NCBI GenBank assembly: GCA_049320885.1
Contig: JBMORA010000035.1
Location: forward strand, 39,054-103,053
Source of the DNA: Thermodesulfobacteriota bacterium
Lineage (GTDB): Bacteria > Desulfobacterota > Desulfobacteria > Desulfobacterales > SURF-7
DNA: 64,000 nt
Direction of reading: 5' to 3'
Below the pieces are notes generated by a model. The model searched no databases and was not told the DNA's origin. It worked only from the letters and a program-made list of their open reading frames with translations. How positions within the stretch are numbered: the stretch's first letter is position 1; the number at the start of each line of letters is the position of its first letter. Of this stretch, positions 1-9,011 are shown piece by piece. The translations under genes and the position numbers were made by a program.

Positions 1-798
1 GGGCGCGCCGTTCTGAAGGGAGCCTCCCTGAAGGGCGCCGGCCTTTCGGGGGCGAAACTTTCGGGGGCGTGCCTGCAGCAAGCCGATCTGGAGGGCGCCA
101 GGCTGGATTACTGCGATTTGTCCCGCGCCGATCTGCGCGACGCCATGTTGGAAGGCGCTGGATTCAAGCGTGCCAGCCTGCGGAAAGCCGATTTGTCCAA
201 AGCCCGCATGGATCACAGCGATCTGGTGGGCGCGGATCTGGAGGGAGCGAAAATCGACGGCGAGACCGTCGACCCCCGGAACTGGCGGCGTCTGCTCCTG
301 CCTCCCACCTATCGGACCATGGATTTCCGGCCCGCCGAGTCCAAGGACGAGCTTCCGGTCGACCCGGGCGTGCGCTTCTGCCTGACCAACGAGGAAACCC
401 TCACTCCCCATGACCTTTCCACCCGGATCGGACCTTATCTGGAAGCCCTTGCCGCGATTCAGGAAGTCATCGCCGTTCTGTCGGGCCTTCCGGCCGGACA
501 GGTCAAGGTTGCCTCCATTACCTGCCGGTCCTCCATTTGCATCGAGGTCCAGGGGATCGGCGAGGCGTTTCAGTATCTCAACGATCATATTGTTCCCTGG
601 CGGGAAAACCAGGAGGATTCCCGAAAAGAGCCGCGACAAACCGATCGGCGGATTCAGGAGGAATTGATCGCCGGCCTGCTGGACCGCACGGCGCCGCATT
701 TGACGGCCGAGGAACAGGCCGCGTACCTGGAAAGGCTGCTGCCCGCCCATCGGCTGCTGATCCACAGCCGGCTCGATGACGGCCTGATGCCGCTGTAG
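1..798 (+). CDS. Pentapeptide-repeat protein, 5' end outside the window
   Basis: Frame 1 is open from nt 1 (GRAVLKGASLKGAGLSGAKLSGACLQQADLEGARLDYCDLSRADLRDAMLEGAGFKRASLRKADLSKARMDHSDLVGADLEGAKI), with tandem A(D/N)LxG-type pentapeptides. The listed ORF 118..798 starts only at an internal TTG. The C-terminal ~160 aa are non-repetitive. Confidence 0.8.
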   Translation, partial: GRAVLKGASLKGAGLSGAKLSGACLQQADLEGARLDYCDLSRADLRDAMLEGAGFKRASLRKADLSKARMDHSDLVGADLEGAKIDGETVDPRNWRRLLLPPTYRTMDFRPAESKDELPVDPGVRFCLTNEETLTPHDLSTRIGPYLEALAAIQEVIAVLSGLPAGQVKVASITCRSSICIEVQGIGEAFQYLNDHIVPWRENQEDSRKEPRQTDRRIQEELIAGLLDRTAPHLTAEEQAAYLERLLPAHRLLIHSRLDDGLMPL

Positions 799-831
799 GC
801 GCTCTGTGGCCGCGACCGCAGGTCGAAGGCG

Positions 832-1614
832 CTATTTCCGCGGCCGGCCGTTGAGTTTCCCGTAGAGGGCTTCGAATTCCAGGGTCAGTTTGTGTTTCGG
901 CGCCAGGTGGATCATGGGCAGCGATTTCTCGTGGGATTCGCGGATTTTAACCGATGAGGACAGATAGGCCTCGATCACCGGAAGGCCTTCGTCGATCAGC
1001 TCCGTGACGATTTTTTGGGGCAGGTTGGCCCGGGGTTGGAACTGATTGACGATGATGCCTTCGATCACCAGGTCCGGGTTGTGGTCTTCCCGGATTTCGT
1101 CGACATTTTCCATCAGAGCGTACAAGGCGCGGCGGGAGAAATCGTCGCAGTCAAAGGGGATCAGGCAACGGTCTGCGGCGATCAGGGCTGAACGGGTATA
1201 GAAATTATAGGCCGGCGGCGTATCGATGAAAATGGAGTGATACTCATCCAGTTTTTTAAGGGAATCCCTAAGTTTATACATCTTGTAGCGGGATTCCAGC
1301 TTGGCCGTCAGGTCTTCCAGGGAGGGATGGGCCGGCAGGATGTCCAGGTTTGTAAAGGCGGTTTCGCGGATGCATTCCCGGGGATTTTTGGGACGGAAGG
1401 TGAAATACAGCAGATCGTTGAAAAAATCCGTGGCGGTGACCGTCAACTCCTCGGTTGCTTCTCCGAGCAGGTACTGGGAGGAGTTGCATTGGGGATCAAG
1501 ATCAATGAGCAGCGTCCGTTTGCCGTGCATGGCGCTGATGGCGGCCAGATTGCAGGCAATGGTGGACTTGCCGACACCGCCTTTCTGGTTGAAGATCACG
1601 CGACAGGTTTGCAT
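832..1614 (-). CDS. ParA/MinD-family P-loop ATPase (no ParB seen nearby)
   Basis: 260 aa. Deviant Walker A NQKGGVGKST, then LLIDLDPQCNSS, which is typical of ParA/Soj-like ATPases. Confidence 0.9.
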   Translation of the reverse strand: MQTCRVIFNQKGGVGKSTIACNLAAISAMHGKRTLLIDLDPQCNSSQYLLGEATEELTVTATDFFNDLLYFTFRPKNPRECIRETAFTNLDILPAHPSLEDLTAKLESRYKMYKLRDSLKKLDEYHSIFIDTPPAYNFYTRSALIAADRCLIPFDCDDFSRRALYALMENVDEIREDHNPDLVIEGIIVNQFQPRANLPQKIVTELIDEGLPVIEAYLSSSVKIRESHEKSLPMIHLAPKHKLTLEFEALYGKLNGRPRK

Positions 1615-1737
1615 GGAACCCCCCTTTGAAACAGTATCTTTTCGGCTGTGTACCGTGTTTTTCCTGGGACCTGGTATGGCTGGGATGATACGATTGTCCG
1701 GACTATGTCCGAAAACCCGACCGGTGTCAAGAGTCGT

Positions 1738-3780
1738 TCATTTTTTATCCAGGGGCCAGTAGTGCCCGATTCCTTCCATATGGAGGGGGGAATCGCCGTT
1801 TTCCAGGCGATCCAGATGAAATACCGCCGGTCCGAATTCCGGTTTCTCCTTCAGCAGTCTCCGGCACCTTTCTCCGGCGGTTTTTACATCCAGGCGATCC
1901 AAAAGATCCAGTATCCGGGCCAATTCCCCGTAGGCTTCCTCCTCGTCCGGGCCGGCGGGAGTAAAAAACGAAACGGGGATTTTCTTGCCCTTCACGCTGA
2001 CCCGTCCCACCAGGCATAGCTCCGATTCCCGGTTTTGCCGGGTTTTTTTCAGGCAGGCGTCGGAGACCAGCAGGCGGGTGCCGAAAAACTTGTTGATGCC
2101 CTCGGTCCGGGAAGCCGTGTTGACCGTGTCGCCGATGGCAGTGTAATCGATGTACAGGTCCGAGCCGATGTTGCCCACCACGGCCTCGCCGCTGTGCAGA
2201 CCGATGCGCATGGTCAGGGACGGGAGGCCGGTTTGACAACGCTCCCGGTTCGCCTCTTCCACGCGCGTGAGCATCGCCAGGGCCGCCCGGATCGCCATGT
2301 CCGCCTGGTTCTCCTGGGGCTCCGGCGCGCCCCAGAACGCCATGACGCCGTCGCCGAGGAACTTGTCCAGGGTGCCCTCGTGGGCGAAAATGACTTCGGT
2401 CATGTCCTTCAGATGACGCTGGAGCAGGGTGATGACCGTATCCGTGGGCAGTTCCTCGGACAGGGTCGTGAAGCCGGCCAGATCAGCGAAGAGGACCGTG
2501 ATTTCGGAACGATCGCCGGCCATGGCCATGCGGAACGGTTCCGCGAGCATATGGCGGGCCACCCGCTCCGGCAGATACCGGAACAACTGGGTGCGGATGA
2601 GCAGCCGACCGTCGCGTTCCCGGATATAGGCGGTGACCGTGGCGTACAGGAAATGGAGGACGGCGAAAAACAGGAAAGGACCGAGGAGCAGCACGATGTC
2701 GTTGCGAAACAGCAGAAAGGCGGCGCCTTCGAGGGCCGAAAGGAGGACGGTCATGGAGGCCAGGGCTCCCGCGGGATGGGTGAACCGTCCGGAAACCACC
2801 AGGCAGGTGAGAATCCAGATGAGAAACAGGGGCGGGACGGCCGCGGCCGGTAGCAGGCGGATGACCCGGTTCCGGGACAGGGAGGCGAATACGTTGGCGT
2901 GGATTTCCACGCCGGCGGTGAAGCCGGGGCGGTAGGGGGTCAGGAACAGGTCGCTCTGCTGGCCGGGGGTCAGGGGCGCATAGAGGGCCCGGCCGATGAA
3001 GACCGTTTTGCCGCGCAGGTCTTCCCGGTAGCCTTCGGCCAGGTTGTCGTCGCAGAGTTCAAAAAAGGAAAGGGTGCGGAAACACCCCGGTCCGCCGAAA
3101 TACCGGATCATCCCCGGCGGCGGAGCGATGGCGCCGGGGCTTGTCAGGTTCAGCAGCCTTTCCGGCGCCGCCGGCAGACGTTTTGGAACCTCGCCGGCCG
3201 GTGGTCGCCTGATCCGCCAGCCGCCGCAGAAATAATCCAGGCTTTGACAAAAGCCCTTGGGGATGCCGGCGCCCCCGAACATATCCCGGACCACTCCATC
3301 CATGTCCACCGGCACAATGGCGTTGCCGGGTATGGCGCCCTGCCGGACGAACCGTTCCAGGGGCGGACTGGATACGCCCCTGTCCAACTCCGCCGCCAGG
3401 ACCGTGGGGACGAGATTCAAGGCCTGTTCGAAGCGCCGGTCGTCGGCCTCGCCGAAGCCCGAGGGCAGATCGAAGAGGATATCGAAAAAAACGGCCGTGG
3501 CGCCGAATTCCGCCAGTTTTTCCAGGACCGTCGCGTGGAGGGACCGGGGATAGGGATACTTGAGGCCGCCCTGAAGATCAGCCAGGACATCCAGGGTGGC
3601 GTCGTCGATGGCCACGATCACGATGTCCCGGGGCTCTTCGGGACCGGCATCGAGTCTGGCGTGCAGGTCGTAAATATAGCGTTCGGTGACGCCCCAGAAG
3701 TCCGTGGCCGCCAGCAGCAAAGCCAGCAGGGCGATGACCGGAACCGCGGCCCGGCTCCTCAGCGTCGCCAAGAGGTTCAT
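1738..3780 (-). CDS. CHASE2-domain class III adenylate/guanylate cyclase
   Basis: Cyclase core ITVLFADLAGFTTLSE...FLGDGVMAFWGAP...RIGLHSGEAVVGNIGS...YTAIGDTVNTASRTEG. The N-terminal half is periplasmic/CHASE2-like, followed by TM helices. Start moved to the internal ATG (MNLLATLRS, nt 3780) so it no longer overlaps the upstream gene, which ends at 3795. Confidence 0.9.
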   Translation of the reverse strand: MNLLATLRSRAAVPVIALLALLLAATDFWGVTERYIYDLHARLDAGPEEPRDIVIVAIDDATLDVLADLQGGLKYPYPRSLHATVLEKLAEFGATAVFFDILFDLPSGFGEADDRRFEQALNLVPTVLAAELDRGVSSPPLERFVRQGAIPGNAIVPVDMDGVVRDMFGGAGIPKGFCQSLDYFCGGWRIRRPPAGEVPKRLPAAPERLLNLTSPGAIAPPPGMIRYFGGPGCFRTLSFFELCDDNLAEGYREDLRGKTVFIGRALYAPLTPGQQSDLFLTPYRPGFTAGVEIHANVFASLSRNRVIRLLPAAAVPPLFLIWILTCLVVSGRFTHPAGALASMTVLLSALEGAAFLLFRNDIVLLLGPFLFFAVLHFLYATVTAYIRERDGRLLIRTQLFRYLPERVARHMLAEPFRMAMAGDRSEITVLFADLAGFTTLSEELPTDTVITLLQRHLKDMTEVIFAHEGTLDKFLGDGVMAFWGAPEPQENQADMAIRAALAMLTRVEEANRERCQTGLPSLTMRIGLHSGEAVVGNIGSDLYIDYTAIGDTVNTASRTEGINKFFGTRLLVSDACLKKTRQNRESELCLVGRVSVKGKKIPVSFFTPAGPDEEEAYGELARILDLLDRLDVKTAGERCRRLLKEKPEFGPAVFHLDRLENGDSPLHMEGIGHYWPLDKK

Positions 3781-3794
3781 TTTTCGGTCTGGAT

Positions 3795-6700
3795 TCAAAA
3801 AAAACATATGGCCATGATCCGGGTCGACCAGACGGTGTCGTGGCTGCATTCCGGCGGGCCGGTGAGGTCCTCCATGGTCCGGTCCTCGCAGCGGGTTTTC
3901 AGTTCCAGCTCCAGGTCGTTGTCCAGCAGGGACCAGCCGATGAGGGGCTCCACAAACCAGATCCGTTGTTTTTCCATGGCGGCTGGTTCCGCATCGGGGC
4001 GGCGCAGCAGATGGCCCGCAACCAGCTTGAGGGTTGCGCCGTTTCCAAAAAAATAGGCCAGCCCGGCATCAACAGCCTGTTCGTCGTATTCGTACGGCAT
4101 TTCGTGGCGGGCGTGGCGCCATCCCAGGTGCCCGGCCAGGCGTTCGGTGATCAAGGCCTCCAGGTAGGCGTGGAGCCGCTCGGTGGTGGCCAGCCGGTTA
4201 TCCCGGGCTTCCGTTCCGGCTGGGTCGAACCGGGAGGTTTCCGCGCGATCCACCCCGGCTTCGAGGCCGCAGAACAGCGGCAAGGCCGGCAGGGTGTAAT
4301 CCATTGCTACGGCAGCGGTTTTTTGGGTCAGGGAGAGCATTTCCTCGGGAGTATACGCATCGGAGATGTCGGTGGAAATCAGCGGGAAAGCCGCCAGCAT
4401 GACCGGTTGCAGGCGGGCGCCCCGGTCTCCTGCAAGGTCTTCGATGTAGGCGGCCCGCAGACGCCAGTTCTCCGCGAAATCCCAGCCGGCGCCGATGACG
4501 GGATTCACCTGGGCGGTGGAATACCTCCGGCCGTCTTCCAGGGAATACTGAAGCGCGTGGGTGAACAGTCCCCAGCCGGCGAAGAGGTCTTCCGCCACGG
4601 CGAGCTGATGGAAAAAATGGCCGGACAGCAGGCTGTTTTTAATCCCGGTGGTGGAAAAAGAGTCGGTGTCCGCGGGAACATAGGTGGTGGTGCTGCCGGT
4701 ATTCTCCCGGCCGTCCGCATACCGGCAGCCGGCCTGGAAATGATTCCGGCCGGCGGATTTCCAGAGGGCGGCCTGGAGGATGCGGCGGAGGGTCTTCTGA
4801 TCGCCGTCCATGCGGGTGGAGGCAAGGCTCTGGATGGTGGTGTCGGCTCCGAACCGGGAGTCGGCGCCTTCCTGGGAATAATTCACCAGAAACTGGGTCT
4901 CCTCACCCAGTTTCAGGCGGCTGCCGAATCCGGCGGCGCCCATGTCGCTTTCGGAACGTGAGGCGGTGACGCTTTGGGTGGACATGGGCGGCAGGTCGGG
5001 GAAGGCGGGAAAATAGAGGCTGGAAAAGGTGTCCGTGTCGCTGTCCGTATCCGCGCGGGTCAGGCGGAGTTCCGAATACAAATCCAGGTTCCAGGAGGGC
5101 CGCCATTTCAGGAAGGCCGAGGTGTAATCGGTGTCCAGGTCCTGATCCATGTGCATGTCCGTTCGGGTTTCATAGCCGGGGGCCGGCTGGATGCTTTGGG
5201 TCGAGAGCCGGGTTTCACCGGAATTTTTTGAAAAGACGGCGGCAACAGCCAGGGGCAGGGAGGGTTTGGCGGCCACGGAGCCGGTATAGGTCTGCTGGGT
5301 ATTGACCGTTATGTCGTCCCGCTGGGAGAAAAACTGTCCGGCCAGATGGATATCCGCGCCGGCGCGGTCGAACATCTCCTGGTAAGCGGACAGGCTGGAT
5401 TCGTCGAAAACGACCCCCGCCCGGGTGGGAGCGGTGAACAGTTTGGCGAGGGTCAGCTCGGATTCCGCCGCCGGATAATACAGGCGCGGATCATTCAGCA
5501 GGGCGAAATACAACCTTCGATGGGCGCCTTCGTCCATGGGGTTGGTTTCCAGGGCCCGGGCCGCCGTCAGGGTGGACGCGTGGGTCAGGCCCAGTTCGTG
5601 GTATATCCCGGCGGCGTTGCTCATCAGCACGGCATTGTCTTGGTCCAGGAGAAAGCGGGAGCGCAGGACCGCCCGGTTGTGGTTCAGGGCCTTGGCTTTT
5701 TCCAGATCCCGGAGGGCCTCGCCGGGCCGGTGCCGGGCATATTTCAGCATGGCGCCGTACAGATAGGGGGTCGGATCCCGGGGATCCAGGCGCTTGGCCC
5801 GATCCAAGCCCGATTCCGCCTGATCCCATTGCTTCAGTTCGTAAAAGGCCTTGGCCAGGTAGGACTGGCTGATGGAGGAGCGGGGGGCGAGGAGGGCGGC
5901 CTCGGCCATGGCCCGGGTGCCTTCTTCCGGCCGGTTGAGGTTGAACAGGGCGATGCCGGCGCCCAGGGCCGCGTCGGCTTCTTCCGGTTCCCGGGCCCGG
6001 GCGCGGCGGAAATGTTCGAGGGCTTCTTGCGGAAACCCTTCCCGCAGGGCGGTGAATCCCAGCAGGGTTTCTTTTTCCGCCTCATGGGGGCCGCCGGGAG
6101 GAATGCTTTCCAGCAGGTGGTGGCAGGCCGGGATATCATCGGTTTCCAGGGCGATGGTCGCAGCGGTGAGCCGGGCCGGAACAAAACCGGGAGCGGCGGC
6201 CACGGCTTTGCGGCTGAAGGCGCCGGCTCCGTCCATATCGAGTTCCGCCTTTTTGACCAGCGCCATGGTCATCAGCGCCAGGGCGGAATCCGGCTGGAGG
6301 GCGAGGGCCTTTTCCGCCAGGTTCCGGGCCTGGTCCATCCGGTTCTGGACGATGGCCGCCATCGCCGGCATGGCCAGGGGCAGGGCCCAATCCGGGGCCA
6401 GTCGGGCGGCGGCGGCGAAGAAACTTTCCGCTTCCCGGTCTTTTCCGGCCACCAGATGCAGGAATCCCGCGAGTGCATTCCAGGAGGCGGTCCGGCCGGA
6501 CTCCGGCCGGGAAGCCGCAAGGATATCAAAGGCGGATTTCAGATCCATCCCATGGCAGGCGGAAAGCGCCTGCTCCATGACCAGGGCAAAGGCCTCGCCG
6601 TCCCGGAATTTGTCCGCTTCGTCCCAGGGCGGACGGTAGCGCAGGGTCCAGTTGACGGCGTTCTCCGGCATGACCAGGGCGGTTTTGATCGGTGCCGTCC

Positions 6701-7244
6701 CCGGCCGGATCAGGGCGGCCTCTCCGGCTCCCAGAATCAGGCTGCCGTGATCGTTGTTCACGCGGACCCGGCCGTCCAGGATGCCGATGACGGTCCGGCC
6801 TTCCGGGTCCACTTCCATGAACCATTCCGTTCCCCGGATGGTAGCCGTGGCCGACGGGGAGGCGATCCCGAAGCGTCCGTCCCGGCTGCGGCCCCGCAGC
6901 CAGACCTTGCCTTTTTTCAACAACCCGTTCCGGCCGCCGGCGGACGGACCCTGGTAGATGAAATCCGTGTTTTCGTCGATTTTCAGGAGCATGTAATCGG
7001 GCAGCAGCAGGGATATGGCGCCGAAGGGGCCGGTGACGAGACTTGTACCCGGCGCGATGTTCCCGCCGATGACCGCATCGCTGCGCTGTTCTTGAAGGAA
7101 GCAGCCGGCCTCGGGCCGGAAGGCGACGATTTTGGCAGTGCCGGCGGCAAAAGCAAGGGAGTGTTGCACCAGGCAAAGAGTGAACAGGATCGTCCGGACC
7201 GTTCGGTCCGGAAAAAACTGGCGGAAGGCAGCAGGATTCAGCAT
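3795..7244 (-). CDS. Secreted FecR-domain / TPR-repeat protein with a ~500-aa C-terminal beta-barrel-like region
   Basis: 1149 aa. Signal-like N-terminus (TILFTLCLVQHSLAFAAG). FecR-like segment (GTSLVTGPFGAISLLLPDYMLLKIDENTDF...VWLRGRS...IRGTEWFMEV). Multiple TPR-like helices at ~250-560. The C-terminal part is rich in alternating D/T/S/Y strands and ends in ...AICFF (terminal Phe, as in outer-membrane barrels). Confidence 0.7.
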   Translation of the reverse strand: MLNPAAFRQFFPDRTVRTILFTLCLVQHSLAFAAGTAKIVAFRPEAGCFLQEQRSDAVIGGNIAPGTSLVTGPFGAISLLLPDYMLLKIDENTDFIYQGPSAGGRNGLLKKGKVWLRGRSRDGRFGIASPSATATIRGTEWFMEVDPEGRTVIGILDGRVRVNNDHGSLILGAGEAALIRPGTAPIKTALVMPENAVNWTLRYRPPWDEADKFRDGEAFALVMEQALSACHGMDLKSAFDILAASRPESGRTASWNALAGFLHLVAGKDREAESFFAAAARLAPDWALPLAMPAMAAIVQNRMDQARNLAEKALALQPDSALALMTMALVKKAELDMDGAGAFSRKAVAAAPGFVPARLTAATIALETDDIPACHHLLESIPPGGPHEAEKETLLGFTALREGFPQEALEHFRRARAREPEEADAALGAGIALFNLNRPEEGTRAMAEAALLAPRSSISQSYLAKAFYELKQWDQAESGLDRAKRLDPRDPTPYLYGAMLKYARHRPGEALRDLEKAKALNHNRAVLRSRFLLDQDNAVLMSNAAGIYHELGLTHASTLTAARALETNPMDEGAHRRLYFALLNDPRLYYPAAESELTLAKLFTAPTRAGVVFDESSLSAYQEMFDRAGADIHLAGQFFSQRDDITVNTQQTYTGSVAAKPSLPLAVAAVFSKNSGETRLSTQSIQPAPGYETRTDMHMDQDLDTDYTSAFLKWRPSWNLDLYSELRLTRADTDSDTDTFSSLYFPAFPDLPPMSTQSVTASRSESDMGAAGFGSRLKLGEETQFLVNYSQEGADSRFGADTTIQSLASTRMDGDQKTLRRILQAALWKSAGRNHFQAGCRYADGRENTGSTTTYVPADTDSFSTTGIKNSLLSGHFFHQLAVAEDLFAGWGLFTHALQYSLEDGRRYSTAQVNPVIGAGWDFAENWRLRAAYIEDLAGDRGARLQPVMLAAFPLISTDISDAYTPEEMLSLTQKTAAVAMDYTLPALPLFCGLEAGVDRAETSRFDPAGTEARDNRLATTERLHAYLEALITERLAGHLGWRHARHEMPYEYDEQAVDAGLAYFFGNGATLKLVAGHLLRRPDAEPAAMEKQRIWFVEPLIGWSLLDNDLELELKTRCEDRTMEDLTGPPECSHDTVWSTRIMAICFF

Positions 7245-7464
7245 GGCATTACCATAAAGAAGACGGCCGGCGATGGTAGTGGTTGAACGGGATCCGGCCG
7301 GGCAGGGGCCGGAAACGCTGGGCGATGTCCTCTTATTTACAATACAACCGCTTGGGACACAAGCGTGATTTTTGCCTGGCGGCGGGCCGGAGGCAGAACT
7401 GCTTCCGGGAAGATTTCGTGCCCTGCAGCGGAGCGGGTGGCTGAAAAATCAGGCGGCCGCTCTT

Positions 7465-8646
7465 TCAATCCTTGCTTGCTCCCTGTGCATACCGCCCGTA
7501 ACCTTCCTTTTCCAGATCCGCCTCCGGGATGAAGCGCAGGGCCGCCGAATTGATGCAGTAACGCAGACCCGTGGGTTCGGGGCCGTCGTCAAAGACATGG
7601 CCCAGATGGGAGTCCCCGTACCGGCTGCGCACCTCGGTGCGGGTCATGAAGAGGCTCCGGTCGGTCTTTTCGATGATATAGTGCGCATCCAGCGGCCGGA
7701 TGAAACTCGGCCAGCCGGTGCCGGAATCGAATTTGTCGGCGGAATGGAACAGGGGTTCGCCGCTGACGATATCCACATAGATGCCGGGAGCGTGGTTTTC
7801 CCAATATTCGTTCTGGAAGGGCGGCTCGGTGCCGTTTTTTCGGACCACCTGGTATTGCAGGGGCGTCAGGCGTCGGCGCAGGGTTTCGTCGTCCGGACGC
7901 TCATACGGCTTTTTTTCGGCAGCGCGGATGTCCCTGTTTTCCCCTTCCTTCAAGGGGGCGGCGGCATCCGGGGCGGCGGTTTCCGGTCGCGGCCCGGGTT
8001 TCGCTTCATCCTTTTCCTGCCAGACAGTTTCCAGAAACCGGTCGCGGCCGGAGTTGTAACGGTAAAAGCGGTAGCGGATGGGATTTTTCTTGTAGTAATC
8101 CTGGTGGTAGTCCTCGGCCGGATAAAACCGCCCCAGGGGCAGGATTTCCGTTGCGATGGGCCGGTCGAAACGTCCGGAGGCGGCCAGTTTCCGTTTGGAT
8201 TCCTCCGCCAGAAGGCGTTCCTTGTCATCGGCGTAAAAAATCACGCTGCGATACTGGGCCCCCCGGTCCACGAACTGCCCGCCGGCGTCGGTGGGATCCA
8301 CATGTTTCCAAAAAACATCGAGCAGGCCGGCATAGTCGATTTTTGCCGGATCGTAGATCACCTGGATGGCTTCCACATGGCCGGTTACTCCCGAGGATAC
8401 TTGTTCGTAAGTCGGATCCGCGACCTGTCCGCCGGTGTAACCGGAAATGACCGCCGTCACTCCCGGCGCTTTTTCAAAATCCGATTCCGTGCACCAGAAA
8501 CACCCGCCGGCGAAAACGGCGGTCCGGGTTTCCGTGGCGCCGAATGCCGGTGCATCCGAATCGGCGAAAAGACCGAACCGGAAACGGTAGCCCGCGAGGA
8601 GACCCGCGGCCATCAGAATACTCAGGATGAGGGTTGTGTTTTTCAT
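7465..8646 (-). CDS. msrAB: Fused peptide-methionine sulfoxide reductase MsrA-MsrB, exported
   Basis: MsrA motif [12 protein letters not shown]. MsrB motifs [28 protein letters not shown] and [35 protein letters not shown]. Start set at [17 protein letters not shown] (ATG at 8646, preceded by AAAGGGGGAAACC); the longer listed ORF to 8916 lacks support. Confidence 0.9.
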   Translation of the reverse strand: MKNTTLILSILMAAGLLAGYRFRFGLFADSDAPAFGATETRTAVFAGGCFWCTESDFEKAPGVTAVISGYTGGQVADPTYEQVSSGVTGHVEAIQVIYDPAKIDYAGLLDVFWKHVDPTDAGGQFVDRGAQYRSVIFYADDKERLLAEESKRKLAASGRFDRPIATEILPLGRFYPAEDYHQDYYKKNPIRYRFYRYNSGRDRFLETVWQEKDEAKPGPRPETAAPDAAAPLKEGENRDIRAAEKKPYERPDDETLRRRLTPLQYQVVRKNGTEPPFQNEYWENHAPGIYVDIVSGEPLFHSADKFDSGTGWPSFIRPLDAHYIIEKTDRSLFMTRTEVRSRYGDSHLGHVFDDGPEPTGLRYCINSAALRFIPEADLEKEGYGRYAQGASKD

Positions 8647-8804
8647 GGTTTCCCCCTTTCGGATGGATTCGGGCCGGCGGTCATTCCGTCGGCATGAATC
8701 CGGTCGGGGCATTTTCCCCGGATGGTCGTCCCTGCTTACCGGATTATCATAAGCATCGAAACGGCCTTTGGGAAGATCCGGGGACTCGGCCTCGTTCCGC
8801 CATG

Positions 8805-8860
8805 GAATCCGTGGATAATAAAATGAACCACGGATGTAATCAGATGGACACGGATGGATG
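8805..8860. repeat. Degenerate CACGGAT-type repeat with an 8-bp hairpin
   Basis: ATCCGTGG (8807-8814) pairs with CCACGGAT (8828-8835). It is followed by GTAATCAGATGGACACGGATGG, which resembles the TCCACAGAT-TACACAGAT-GGACACAGAT arms found in the island. Confidence 0.4.
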
Positions 8861-9011
8861 ACACCATGATTACGGAGACCAATGCGGGGAAACGATTGAA
8901 GGTCGAACGGGGGCAAGGCCCTGTCTGGACTCCCATCCGGAAGTCAAGAAAAGCGTGAACCGTTACGCTCCAGTTTTTCACCTTTTCCCAGGGCTGATCC
9001 CGGCAACTGGT

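Noticed and set aside
2035-7286. Long plus-strand ORFs (2035..2853, 2899..4056, 3840..4961, 5346..7286 and others) opposite the cyclase and FecR/TPR genes
   Set aside because: They are Arg/Gly/Pro-rich with low-complexity translations and lie antisense to genes with clear domain signatures. These are typical shadow ORFs of GC-rich DNA.
7372-8697. 441-aa plus-strand ORF across the msrAB locus
   Set aside because: It is antisense to a gene with unmistakable MsrA and MsrB motifs, and its own translation has no recognisable features.
7465-8916. Full 483-aa msrAB ORF with a 90-aa leader
   Set aside because: The leader has no signal-peptide or domain character, whereas the internal [19 protein letters not shown] is a good signal peptide with an SD.
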